DNA from: a virus | Strand: one strand, 5' to 3' | DNA: 20,520 nt | IMG/VR virus record: IMGVR_UViG_3300045988_164175 | Coordinates: 1 to 20,520 of that record | In this document: piece by piece, positions 9,373 through 17,328 of the stretch | Layout of the letters: each line of letters opens with the position of its first letter | Numbering within the stretch: position 1 is the stretch's first letter | Made by a program: the position numbers and the translations under genes | The notes under the pieces: model-generated | The model's input: only the letters and a program-made list of their open reading frames with translations | The model's database searches: none | Told to the model about the DNA's origin: nothing

Positions 9373-9705
9373 ATGGATAAAGAAATAATTGATAAAGTAA
9401 TGTTTGATAACTTTTTAAAGTCAGTTCCTACTATGGTTGTGGATGCTAAAGATAGAAAAACAATAAGTGCTTATGGAAGTATTGATGTAAATGATTTAAG
9501 AAGTGCAGTAGATACATTTAAAAAAGTTCCTGACTATGGAGAATTGCTTAAACAAGTCAAAAAGCAAAAAGAAGTTATTGATAAAATAATGAACTTGATA
9601 AAACAATATGGGAAATATGACGGCAAAAAATGTACACGTGGTTTTCAGATGTGGAGTGCAGATTTTAATAAAATTTTAGATATGTTAAAAGAGGTGTCAG
9701 AATGA
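9373..9705 (+). CDS. Hypothetical protein
   Basis: 110-aa ORF in tight operon. Confidence 0.6.
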   Translation: MDKEIIDKVMFDNFLKSVPTMVVDAKDRKTISAYGSIDVNDLRSAVDTFKKVPDYGELLKQVKKQKEVIDKIMNLIKQYGKYDGKKCTRGFQMWSADFNKILDMLKEVSE

Positions 9706-9875
9706 TAACTAACATTCATGATTTAATAAAAGCATTAAACGTAAATCCACATAAAATAGTTCTTGTTTCTAATTTATACGATTGGCTTTTAAAAAGTAAT
9801 TGGGACTGCATATTGTCTGATAATCTCAAAGAATATATTAAAAATGGTGGACTTGTTGAAAGAATAGAGGTGTAA
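9702..9875 (+). CDS. Hypothetical 57-aa protein (missing from ORF track)
   Basis: MITNIHDLIKALNVNPHKIVLVSNLYDWLLKSNWDCILSDNLKEYIKNGGLVERIEV; SD GAGGTG; overlaps upstream stop. Confidence 0.55.
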   Translation: MITNIHDLIKALNVNPHKIVLVSNLYDWLLKSNWDCILSDNLKEYIKNGGLVERIEV

Positions 9876-9877
9876 AA

Positions 9878-10336
9878 ATGACAAAAATATTAATTTATAG
9901 TCAGGAAGATTTAGACTTACTTTTAGAACTTACAAAAACAGAAAATGAAGAACTACAACAAGAAAATAAAATCTTAAAAGAAAATGCAGAAAATAATGAC
10001 AAGGTAGTTGATAAAGTTAATTGGGAAAATCAGTTGTTAAAGAAAGAAATACATCAATTAAAAGAAGAATACAACAAAATTCAAAAGGCATATGAAAGTA
10101 CATTTAGTGATTATCAACAACTAAAAGATAATTGGAATAAATTAAAAGAATATGTTAATAAGATGCACGAATATTTTTTATATACAGATGTGAATGAAAT
10201 TTATAAGCAAAGTATGAAAGTAGATAATCCATTTCCCAATTTCTTTAATTTATCTGAATTAAATGCAAGTGATAGAATATTAAGTTCAATTTGCAAGAAA
10301 ATGCAAGAAATAGAAAGAAGTGATAGTAATGAATAA
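9878..10336 (+). CDS. Coiled-coil hypothetical protein
   Basis: 152-aa ORF rich in coiled-coil heptads; ends SDSNE. Confidence 0.65.
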   Translation: MTKILIYSQEDLDLLLELTKTENEELQQENKILKENAENNDKVVDKVNWENQLLKKEIHQLKEEYNKIQKAYESTFSDYQQLKDNWNKLKEYVNKMHEYFLYTDVNEIYKQSMKVDNPFPNFFNLSELNASDRILSSICKKMQEIERSDSNE

Positions 10337-10550
10337 ATATTGTTATGAAATAAAAGATGGAAAATGCAAGGGCTATTTTAAAATATATCAAGCAATAAAT
10401 GGTTCTATTCAATTAATGATGGGAAATTGTAATACTACTTTAACAGCACAACAAATATTAGATTTAAACATATATACATTTGATTTAATTGATTATGACC
10501 ACAATAAATTTTTAGAATTTTATAAGTTAGGTGATAGTAATGAACAATGA
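10329..10550 (+). CDS. Hypothetical protein
   Basis: Start taken at ATG 10329, 3 codons inside the track ORF, because GAAGTGAT acts as SD. Confidence 0.55.
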   Translation: MNKYCYEIKDGKCKGYFKIYQAINGSIQLMMGNCNTTLTAQQILDLNIYTFDLIDYDHNKFLEFYKLGDSNEQ

Positions 10551-10869
10551 TACATTAGCAGATTATTGGAGAGATGTAAGTCCAATATTAAAGCAACAAG
10601 CACAAGCAAAAAGAGAAAATTGTTTTAATGATAGATTAGAATATGCTAAAAAACAATTTGAAGAAAACAATATACCTTATAAATTATGTAATGAGAGCAT
10701 AGGACATTTTAATTTATTAGATAACAAAGGAAAAGTATTAATGAGTTTTTGGAGTTATACCGGAAAATGTTATATTCCTAGTACCGATTTTAGCGACAAT
10801 ATAGGAATTAGAAATTGCATAAGAAAATATAAGAAAATAGTGGGAAGTGATAGTAATGATAGTAATTAA
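10540..10869 (+). CDS. Hypothetical protein
   Basis: Start at ATG 10540 after AGGTGAT; 109 aa; ends GSDSNDSN. Confidence 0.55.
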   Translation: MNNDTLADYWRDVSPILKQQAQAKRENCFNDRLEYAKKQFEENNIPYKLCNESIGHFNLLDNKGKVLMSFWSYTGKCYIPSTDFSDNIGIRNCIRKYKKIVGSDSNDSN

Positions 10870-11125
10870 TTTAATTGATATTATAATTATATCTATAATT
10901 TTATTAAGTATAGCAATATCTATTATAAAAGCGATAATTGAAGAAATAAAAAAAATAGGTAAAAAAAATTGTTATGAATGTAAAAATTATAAATTATATG
11001 ATGTTTGTAGTTATGGAGATGGTTGTAGATATCAATGTATAAAAAATAACAGGATTGATAGTGTTGTTAGTATGAATTGCAATGAACATTATGAAAAATG
11101 TAAAGGAAGTGATAGTAATGATTAA
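10856..11125 (+). CDS. Membrane protein with Cys-rich C-terminal domain
   Basis: TM (LIDIIIISIILLSIAISIIKAII) then NCYECKNYKLYDVCSYGDGCRYQC...MNCNEHYEKC. Confidence 0.55.
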   Translation: MIVINLIDIIIISIILLSIAISIIKAIIEEIKKIGKKNCYECKNYKLYDVCSYGDGCRYQCIKNNRIDSVVSMNCNEHYEKCKGSDSND

Positions 11126-11399
11126 ATTTTATTTAATTTCAGTAATGATATATTTTACTATTTACATAGTAAGTGGAATATTAATGAGAAAACGATTTAT
11201 AAAAGCTAGGAACAGACTAAGAAAAGCAACAAATACAAATTCTAAAATTTATGGAGTTATAAGGACAACGATAGATTACTTATTAATATCTTTTATACCT
11301 TTTGTAAGATTAATTACATTAATCCTAAAATATTACCTTATAGCTAACACAGATGATTTTATTAAAGTGATGAAAGAAAAAGGTGATAGTAATGAATAA
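11118..11399 (+). CDS. Putative two-TM membrane protein
   Basis: MIKFYLISVMIYFTIYIVSGILM...YGVIRTTIDYLLISFIPFVRLITLILKYYLIA; SD GGAAGTGAT. Confidence 0.5.
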   Translation: MIKFYLISVMIYFTIYIVSGILMRKRFIKARNRLRKATNTNSKIYGVIRTTIDYLLISFIPFVRLITLILKYYLIANTDDFIKVMKEKGDSNE

Positions 11400-11766
11400 A
11401 GAAAAATTTATTAAAATGCTAGAACAAGCTAAAGAAGATGAATATGGTAGATTATATGTTATAGGGGATTGTAATAATAAAATTTATTTTGGTACAATAA
11501 CAACCATTTGTGAAGATATATTTGAAGGTAGCAATAGGGCTGAAATATATGATAGACATTTTTGGAATGACGATACTTTAGAATGTTTTGTTGTATCAAC
11601 TAAACATGATGAAGATATCGAATATAAAGAACCTAAAAGAATAGAAGAATTAAATCTTGTTGCACCAACAAATTACATGAAATATATGCAAGACAAGATT
11701 AATGAATTAGTTAGAATATCAAATAAATATGCTAGATTGCTAGAGAAGGTAGAGTGTGATGAATAA
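11392..11766 (+). CDS. Hypothetical protein
   Basis: 124-aa ORF starting at ATG 11392 after AGGTGAT. Confidence 0.55.
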   Translation: MNKEKFIKMLEQAKEDEYGRLYVIGDCNNKIYFGTITTICEDIFEGSNRAEIYDRHFWNDDTLECFVVSTKHDEDIEYKEPKRIEELNLVAPTNYMKYMQDKINELVRISNKYARLLEKVECDE

Positions 11767-12063
11767 ATGCTAACCTTACCAATAAAAAAGAAATGGTTTG
11801 ATATGATAAAGTCAGGTGAAAAGAAAGAAGAATATAGAGAAATTAAACCTTATTATAATAGCAGATTCAACAAAAATTGCATTAAAGAAATTTATTTTAA
11901 TCCTATAAGAGAAATAATATTCAAAAATGGTTATTCAAGTAATAGTCCAAAGATAAAATGTAAAGTTGAAATAACTGAGGGCTATGGTAAACCCGAATGG
12001 GGAGCAGAACCTAATAAAGAATATTATGTATTAAAAATATTAAGTGTGAAGGAAGTGAAATAA
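11767..12063 (+). CDS. ASCH-domain-like protein
   Basis: MLTLPIKKKWFDMIKSGEKKEEYREIKPYYNSRF...PKIKCKVEITEGYGKPEWGAEPNKEYYVLKILSV. Confidence 0.65.
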   Translation: MLTLPIKKKWFDMIKSGEKKEEYREIKPYYNSRFNKNCIKEIYFNPIREIIFKNGYSSNSPKIKCKVEITEGYGKPEWGAEPNKEYYVLKILSVKEVK

Positions 12064-12546
12064 GTGAAAAACAAAGATTTAAAAATAAATTTTAGATACT
12101 TAGGGGGAAATATAGCTTGTTTAAGTGTAGATAGTATAGCTGGAGAATCAATTCATAATGATATTAATAATGAGGAAGCAATTATAATTTTTAATTCATT
12201 AGTAGGCGAAAAAGAAAATTGCCAAACTGTAAAAACTTTATTAAAAGAAAATCAAGAATTAAAAGAACAACTTGAAACTTATGAAATAGAAGGTTATGAG
12301 CAAAACGAAGAATTAAATAAAATGTCTTTTGATATTAGAAAATATAAAGTTCAACAAAAAGAGTTTATAAAATATTTAGAAGATGAAATTGAAACTATTA
12401 ATAAAGTTGAAAGGCATCTTCATCAAGATAGAATACCTAAATATTTTGAACTTGGAGGAGTTATAGGTGAAAAAAATGCTACTAAAGAGATTTTACAAAA
12501 ATATAAAGAAATAATAGGAGTATCAGATGAAAATAAAAGGAATTGA
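12064..12546 (+). CDS. Coiled-coil hypothetical protein
   Basis: GTG start after AAGGAAGTG; LLKENQELKEQLETYEIEGYEQNEEL coiled coil. Confidence 0.6.
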   Translation: MKNKDLKINFRYLGGNIACLSVDSIAGESIHNDINNEEAIIIFNSLVGEKENCQTVKTLLKENQELKEQLETYEIEGYEQNEELNKMSFDIRKYKVQQKEFIKYLEDEIETINKVERHLHQDRIPKYFELGGVIGEKNATKEILQKYKEIIGVSDENKRN

Positions 12547-12850
12547 AGTAGAACAACCAAAAGAATTAAAAACTATTATATATCAATGTCCTTATTGTTC
12601 TAAAAAATTTATAAACAAAAATAGTTATTATACTCATATTGGTAAAAATTATTGTTGGCATTTTGATATGCGTTTTACAAGAATAAAGAAATTATATGAA
12701 GAAAACAAAATAACAATGCAACAATATTATGAATGGTGTTACGAGAATGGTTGTTTAGAATACTTAAACTTAGATGAAAAAACAATATCAAAATTAGGTA
12801 ATGATTTTTTTAATAAAATTAGTTCAATGTATTCTGAAGAAGATTATTAA
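12527..12850 (+). CDS. C2H2-like zinc-finger hypothetical protein
   Basis: YQCPYCSKKFINKNSYYTHIGKNYCWHF, CxxC-x12-H type finger. Confidence 0.6.
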   Translation: MKIKGIEVEQPKELKTIIYQCPYCSKKFINKNSYYTHIGKNYCWHFDMRFTRIKKLYEENKITMQQYYEWCYENGCLEYLNLDEKTISKLGNDFFNKISSMYSEEDY

Positions 12851-12869
12851 GATTAGGAGATGATAAAGA

Positions 12870-13199
12870 ATGATAGAAAGAAAAGTATATAATGGTTGGG
12901 CTTTTTCAGAAAATGAAAGTAAAAAAAGTGAATTTAATCGAGAAATTTATGAGGAGCTAAAAAGTAAATATAAAATATTAAAAATTTCTGATATAGATTA
13001 TAGACAACCTAGTGAAGAGCAATTAGAAAATAATGATATTGTTTATTCAAGAAAAGCTTGTTATTTACATGGTGAATATAAAATATATAAATGTCCTGAT
13101 GAGGTTACATTTAATGAATTATCTTTAATATGCGATAATGGAAACTTATGTTTTGGAAGTAGCGGAAATAAAAATTTTATAAATGTATCAGAAGATTAG
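12870..13199 (+). CDS. Hypothetical protein
   Basis: 109-aa ORF, SD GGAGATG / AAGAATG spacing, operonic. Confidence 0.55.
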   Translation: MIERKVYNGWAFSENESKKSEFNREIYEELKSKYKILKISDIDYRQPSEEQLENNDIVYSRKACYLHGEYKIYKCPDEVTFNELSLICDNGNLCFGSSGNKNFINVSED

Positions 13200-13209
13200 G
13201 AGGAAAAAG

Positions 13210-13665
13210 GTGAGTGAATCGGTTATTGAAAAGCATTTAAGTATAGAAGAAGCTAAAAATGAAATAAAAAAATTAGAAAATGAATTAGATCTATACTTAA
13301 CAAAGAAAAAGATTAATTATCAAAAAACACAACCAGCGTCAATAAAAATAAAAGACATAGTAATATCCTCTAAAAATATATTTGATAAGTTTAGTCACTA
13401 TGTAATAAAAGATGAAGAATTAGACATTAAAATATATTCATTACAAGAAGCAATATTAAGTTATCAAGAATATATCTTGAAAGAAATGAAAAGAATATCA
13501 GAATCAGAACCATACAAGCTAAGAGTTTATGAGTTAAGAGAAGATATGGATTTTATTAGAATACACGGAAGAAAAAGGACTTGGTTAGAGATAGCTGAGT
13601 TAACAAATTACAGCGATAGACAAGCAAAAAGAATTTACTTTGATGTAGTAAATGCGAAGTGTTAG
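13210..13665 (+). CDS. Putative phage late-gene transcriptional regulator (ArpU/RinA or sigma-region-4-like)
   Basis: C-terminal HGRKRTWLEIAELTNYSDRQAKRIYFDVV HTH; GTG start at 13210 after AGGAGG; located immediately before the late region. Confidence 0.6.
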   Translation: MSESVIEKHLSIEEAKNEIKKLENELDLYLTKKKINYQKTQPASIKIKDIVISSKNIFDKFSHYVIKDEELDIKIYSLQEAILSYQEYILKEMKRISESEPYKLRVYELREDMDFIRIHGRKRTWLEIAELTNYSDRQAKRIYFDVVNAKC

Positions 13666-13672
13666 CTCAAAT

Positions 13673-13693
13673 ATGTCCCACTCATGTCCCACT
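13673..13693 (+). promoter_or_regulatory. Two direct repeats ATGTCCCACT, 11-bp period; candidate binding site for late regulator
   Basis: ATGTCCCACT at 13673-13682 and 13684-13693, directly after the regulator stop codon. Confidence 0.5.
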
Positions 13694-13699
13694 GACATT

Positions 13700-14164
13700 G
13701 TTAAAATAGTATTATGGAAGAATAGAAGATATTACTCCATAATACTATAGTAATGTTACTCTTTATGAGTAGCATAGAGTAGATAAGGGGAGAGGCTATC
13801 CGTTGGGTGGTGCTATATAGGTTCGACTCCTACTTTCCTGCCTGTCTATTCTATGGTGTCTATAAGGCACTAATAAGTTTTTGTAAAATTTATTGCTTGT
13901 TTATTTAACAATAGGGTATTGCCGTACCTTAACTATTGTTAACATTACCTTTAAAAGGTAGTGTACTGATGATATATTAATATATGCTTTGATAGTTTAA
14001 TGGCTAGAATTTTAGTCTCCAAAACTAAAGGTCTAGGTTCAAATCCTAGTCGGAGTGCCAATTATATCATTAGTGCAGTATCTATTAAAGATACAAAGAA
14101 ATACGATGATGACTACTCGGAATTGATCAGATGATATCTTTTCGATTTATTGTGTCAAGTATAG
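13700..14164 (+). ncRNA. Candidate large structured non-coding RNA containing tRNA-Trp
   Basis: ~540 nt without a credible ORF; serial long inverted repeats (13706-13748, 13753-13775, 13773-13855, 13854-13872, 13905-13942, 13946-14093); local GC rise; followed by terminator-like hairpin at 14165-14185. Confidence 0.5.
13986..14060 (+). tRNA. tRNA-Trp (anticodon CCA)
   Basis: GCTTTGA acceptor / TCGGAGT, D-arm GTTTAATGGCTAGAAT, anticodon arm TTAGT-CTCCAAA-ACTAA, T-arm CTAGG-TTCAAAT-CCTAG, G73, encoded CCA. Confidence 0.85.
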
Positions 14165-14185
14165 CAACCGTATAGGTTGTTTTTT
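14165..14185 (+). terminator. Rho-independent terminator-like hairpin
   Basis: CAACC-GTATA-GGTTG followed by TTTTTT. Confidence 0.5.
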
Positions 14186-14203
14186 GTTTTGGAGGAAAAA
14201 GGG

Positions 14204-14362
14204 ATGAAAGGAAAAAATAAACTAGAATACAATTTATGTTTTAAATATTCATTGTGTAAAAATTGCCCAAGAAATAAAAAATGCACAGAAGAATTAAAAA
14301 AAGAAAAATCAATTCCTTCAAAAAGGACAGAAAAGATATATATTCCTATAAATCGGAGGTGA
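14204..14362 (+). CDS. 52-aa Cys-cluster protein, probable metal binding
   Basis: MKGKNKLEYNLCFKYSLCKNCPRNKKCTEELK; start at ATG 14204 after GGAGGAAAAAGGG rather than 14177. Confidence 0.6.
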   Translation: MKGKNKLEYNLCFKYSLCKNCPRNKKCTEELKKEKSIPSKRTEKIYIPINRR

Positions 14363-14368
14363 TAATTC

Positions 14369-14788
14369 ATGTTAAATGCTAAGCAAGAAAGATTCACACA
14401 AAACATAGTGAAAGGTATGAGTCAAAGAGAAGCCTATAAAGAAGCTTATAACGCTAAATATAAAGATGAAGCTATTGATAATAAAGCAAGTGCATTATTC
14501 AACAAAGGTGAGGTTCAGGCGAGGTATAAAGAACTTATAAATCAATTAGAAGATGAATCTATTATGAGCGCTAAAGAACGAATGAAATGGCTTACTGATG
14601 TAATTAGTGGAAAAGAGAAAGAAGAATCTTATTACTACGATGATGGTGAAAAAATAATTTACGAAAAAGAAGCTGATATTAACACCAAAATTAAAGCAGT
14701 TGATACTCTAAATAAAATGAGCGGTGAATATAAAACTATATTAGGTGGTTCAGTAGAAGTAACTAAGAAGTTGGAAGATTTATTGTGA
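14369..14788 (+). CDS. terS: Terminase small subunit
   Basis: LNAKQERFTQNIVKGMSQREAYKEAYNAK...IDNKASALFNKGEVQARYKEL, directly upstream of and overlapping terL. Confidence 0.9.
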   Translation: MLNAKQERFTQNIVKGMSQREAYKEAYNAKYKDEAIDNKASALFNKGEVQARYKELINQLEDESIMSAKERMKWLTDVISGKEKEESYYYDDGEKIIYEKEADINTKIKAVDTLNKMSGEYKTILGGSVEVTKKLEDLL

Positions 14789-16587
14789 AATATACAGCAG
14801 ACTATTTAATACAAAAACGAATCGAAAAATGGAATGAGACGCATAGTATTGAATATGATAAGCAATTAAGAACTGCAATAGCAAATGAAATAATAAATAA
14901 TAAAGATCTTTTAAATGAAGTTAAAAGATACCCTGAAAAGTTAATTGAACTAGTTTTTATAGTAGTTGATAAAGACCAAAAGACAAAGCCATTTATATTA
15001 AATGATGTTCAAAGAGAGTTCATAAATATATTAAATAAAGCTATAGATGACTTTAACAATGGTTTGATAACTGATATATCTATGTTGATATTAAAAGGCC
15101 GTCAGCAAGGATTTACAACAGTTGTAACAGCATATCAATTAGCAAGTAGTATATTAAATAGAAACTTTCAAGGTTTCACATTGGCAGATAAAAGTGACAA
15201 CTCAGAAGCAATATTTCAAAATAAAGCTAAATATCCGTATTCACAACTTCCAGAAGCATTAAAACCTACTGAGAAGTTTAATAATAGAAAACAATTGTTA
15301 TTTGAGAAGATAAATAGTAGTTGGGCAGTAGATACAGCTACAAAAGATGTAGGGCGTTCAAGAACAGTAAACTTCTTTCATGGATCAGAATGTGCATTTT
15401 GGAAAGACGGTATATCACCTATTCAGGCAGCATTAGGGGAAGCATTTACAAAGAATTGCATAAAGATATATGAATCAACAGCAAATGGTTATAATGACTA
15501 TCAAAAAATGTGGGATAGTGGAGTAAATATCAATTGTTTTTTTGAATGGTGGAAAACAAAAGAATATGTATTAAATTTTGAAAGTGATGATATATATAAA
15601 GAGTTTATAAATAAAATAAATACTCAAGAAGGATGGATATATAAGAGATTAAAGTGGTTAAAAGAAGATAAGAAGTTAAATGATAATCAACTATATTGGT
15701 ATTTTAAAAAGTATGAAGGATATATTGATAAAGATTTAATTAAACAAGAGTATCCATGTACACCACAAGAAGCCTTCTTATTATCAGGTAAGACAGTATT
15801 TGATACTGAATTGTTATTGAATAGACTAAGTAAAATACATAAACCACTTAAAACTGGTTATTTCATATATAACTATGATGGATTAAGAATTACTAATATA
15901 AGATGGGTAAACGATCCAAACGGATATATAAACATATATCAAGTACCGAACGTTCCTAAAATGACAAAGTATTGCATAGGAGGAGATACATCTGGAGATG
16001 GTAGTGATTATTTTACAGGTCACGTTCTAGATGCTAAGACAGGAACACAAGTTGCAGTATTGAAACATCAATTTGATCCAGATCAATACACTAAGCAAAT
16101 GTACTGTTTAGGTAAATGGTACGGAACATTAAATAGATGTAGTCAAGATGCTCTAATAGGAATAGAAGCAAACTTCGATAGTTTCCCTATTATGGAGCTA
16201 CAAAGGTTAGGTTATACAAATCAATATGTAAGAGAATATCCTGATACTTATACAGGTAAAACTGAAAAAAGATATGGATTTAAAACAACTTCACTTACAA
16301 GACCTACAATTATATCTAACTTAATACAAATAGTTAGAGAAGAAACAAATAGTATCAATGATAAAGATACATTAGAGGAACTATTAACCATTGTCAGAAA
16401 TGAGAAAGGTAGAATAGAAGCTCCTGAGGGAGGACATGACGATCAAATGATGGGATTAGCGATAGCACATTACATAAGGGATCAAGTACCATTCATTCAA
16501 GAGCAAATAGATGTTTATCCAGAGTTCAATTTTGAGTTTGAAAAGAAACCTGAATCAGACTTTGGAGAACAAATAACAATAGTATAG
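14785..16587 (+). CDS. terL: Terminase large subunit
   Basis: ILKGRQQGFTT Walker-A-like motif, FFHGSECAFW, nuclease-like IGGDTSGDGSDYFTGHVLD and GHDDQMMGLAIAHY. Confidence 0.95.
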   Translation: MKYTADYLIQKRIEKWNETHSIEYDKQLRTAIANEIINNKDLLNEVKRYPEKLIELVFIVVDKDQKTKPFILNDVQREFINILNKAIDDFNNGLITDISMLILKGRQQGFTTVVTAYQLASSILNRNFQGFTLADKSDNSEAIFQNKAKYPYSQLPEALKPTEKFNNRKQLLFEKINSSWAVDTATKDVGRSRTVNFFHGSECAFWKDGISPIQAALGEAFTKNCIKIYESTANGYNDYQKMWDSGVNINCFFEWWKTKEYVLNFESDDIYKEFINKINTQEGWIYKRLKWLKEDKKLNDNQLYWYFKKYEGYIDKDLIKQEYPCTPQEAFLLSGKTVFDTELLLNRLSKIHKPLKTGYFIYNYDGLRITNIRWVNDPNGYINIYQVPNVPKMTKYCIGGDTSGDGSDYFTGHVLDAKTGTQVAVLKHQFDPDQYTKQMYCLGKWYGTLNRCSQDALIGIEANFDSFPIMELQRLGYTNQYVREYPDTYTGKTEKRYGFKTTSLTRPTIISNLIQIVREETNSINDKDTLEELLTIVRNEKGRIEAPEGGHDDQMMGLAIAHYIRDQVPFIQEQIDVYPEFNFEFEKKPESDFGEQITIV

Positions 16588-16600
16588 AAGGAGAAAATTT

Positions 16601-17059
16601 ATGAAAGAATCAATTAAAGCAAGAAGATTAAGAAATTGGAAAGCAAGACAAATAGCAGAAGGTTATGATGTATCAAAAGTAAATACATTAGAGGAAGCAG
16701 AACATTTCTTTGATAAGAAAGCAGAAGAATCAAAGGCAAAGACAAAAAAAGAACTATTAGAAGAAGCTCTATCTCTAGGATTAGAATTAAGCAATAAACT
16801 AAAAAATAGTGAAATTGAAGAAGCTATTAATATTAAAAAAGCTGAATTACAGGAAGAAGAAAAGGGAAAAGCCTTAAAAGAAATTACTGAATTAGAAGTG
16901 CAATCAGCAATTAACGTAAACGAAGTTATGGATACACTAACAGATGGATTTGCAGTTGGAGAAGAAAACGATGGAAACGTTCATGTAAGGCCTGTCGTAA
17001 ATGGTGAAATTATAGATACACCAGTAGAAAAAATAGAAACACCTGTAGAAGGTGAATAG
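16601..17059 (+). CDS. Hypothetical protein
   Basis: 152-aa ORF between terL and portal with SD GAAGGAG. Confidence 0.6.
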   Translation: MKESIKARRLRNWKARQIAEGYDVSKVNTLEEAEHFFDKKAEESKAKTKKELLEEALSLGLELSNKLKNSEIEEAINIKKAELQEEEKGKALKEITELEVQSAINVNEVMDTLTDGFAVGEENDGNVHVRPVVNGEIIDTPVEKIETPVEGE

Positions 17060-17060
17060 T

Positions 17061-17321
17061 ATGGAAACAGTATTAATAATCGCTAGCATAGGTATAATGA
17101 ATATCCTATGTTTTTTAATTGGTGCTAGAGTAGTACAAAAGGTAGTAAGACAAGAAAAGATAGAACTAAATCCTATTAAAGCAATTAATAAAGCTAAAGA
17201 AGAAAATAGGGAAAAGAAAGAAAAAGAATTAGAAGATGAGTACATTAAAACAATAATGCACAACATTGATAACTACAATGGTACAAGTTTAGGACAAAAA
17301 GATATTCCAAGTAGGAAGTAG
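17061..17321 (+). CDS. Small membrane protein with charged C-terminal tail
   Basis: METVLIIASIGIMNILCFLIGARVVQKV...; start at 17061 after GAAGGTGA. Confidence 0.55.
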   Translation: METVLIIASIGIMNILCFLIGARVVQKVVRQEKIELNPIKAINKAKEENREKKEKELEDEYIKTIMHNIDNYNGTSLGQKDIPSRK

Positions 17322-17328
17322 GTGAATT

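Noticed and set aside
10320-11394. GTG starts giving the N-terminal M-I-V-M prefix in several track ORFs
   Set aside because: The GTG is part of the Shine-Dalgarno (AGGTGAT/GGAAGTGAT); the ATG 9 nt downstream has the better spacing. N-terminal proteomics would settle it.
13700-13860. TTCGACT T-loop-like motif as a full tRNA or tmRNA
   Set aside because: No D-arm or anticodon arm fits in the 25-nt space, there is no encoded CCA, and there is no tmRNA tag frame. It is kept only as a T-arm mimic.
14155-14406. Minus-strand ORF (83 aa) across the terminator and small Cys-cluster gene
   Set aside because: Antisense, no SD, and it spans regulatory sequence.
16937-17266. Minus-strand ORF (109 aa)
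   Set aside because: Antisense to two forward ORFs with good SDs; low-complexity composition.
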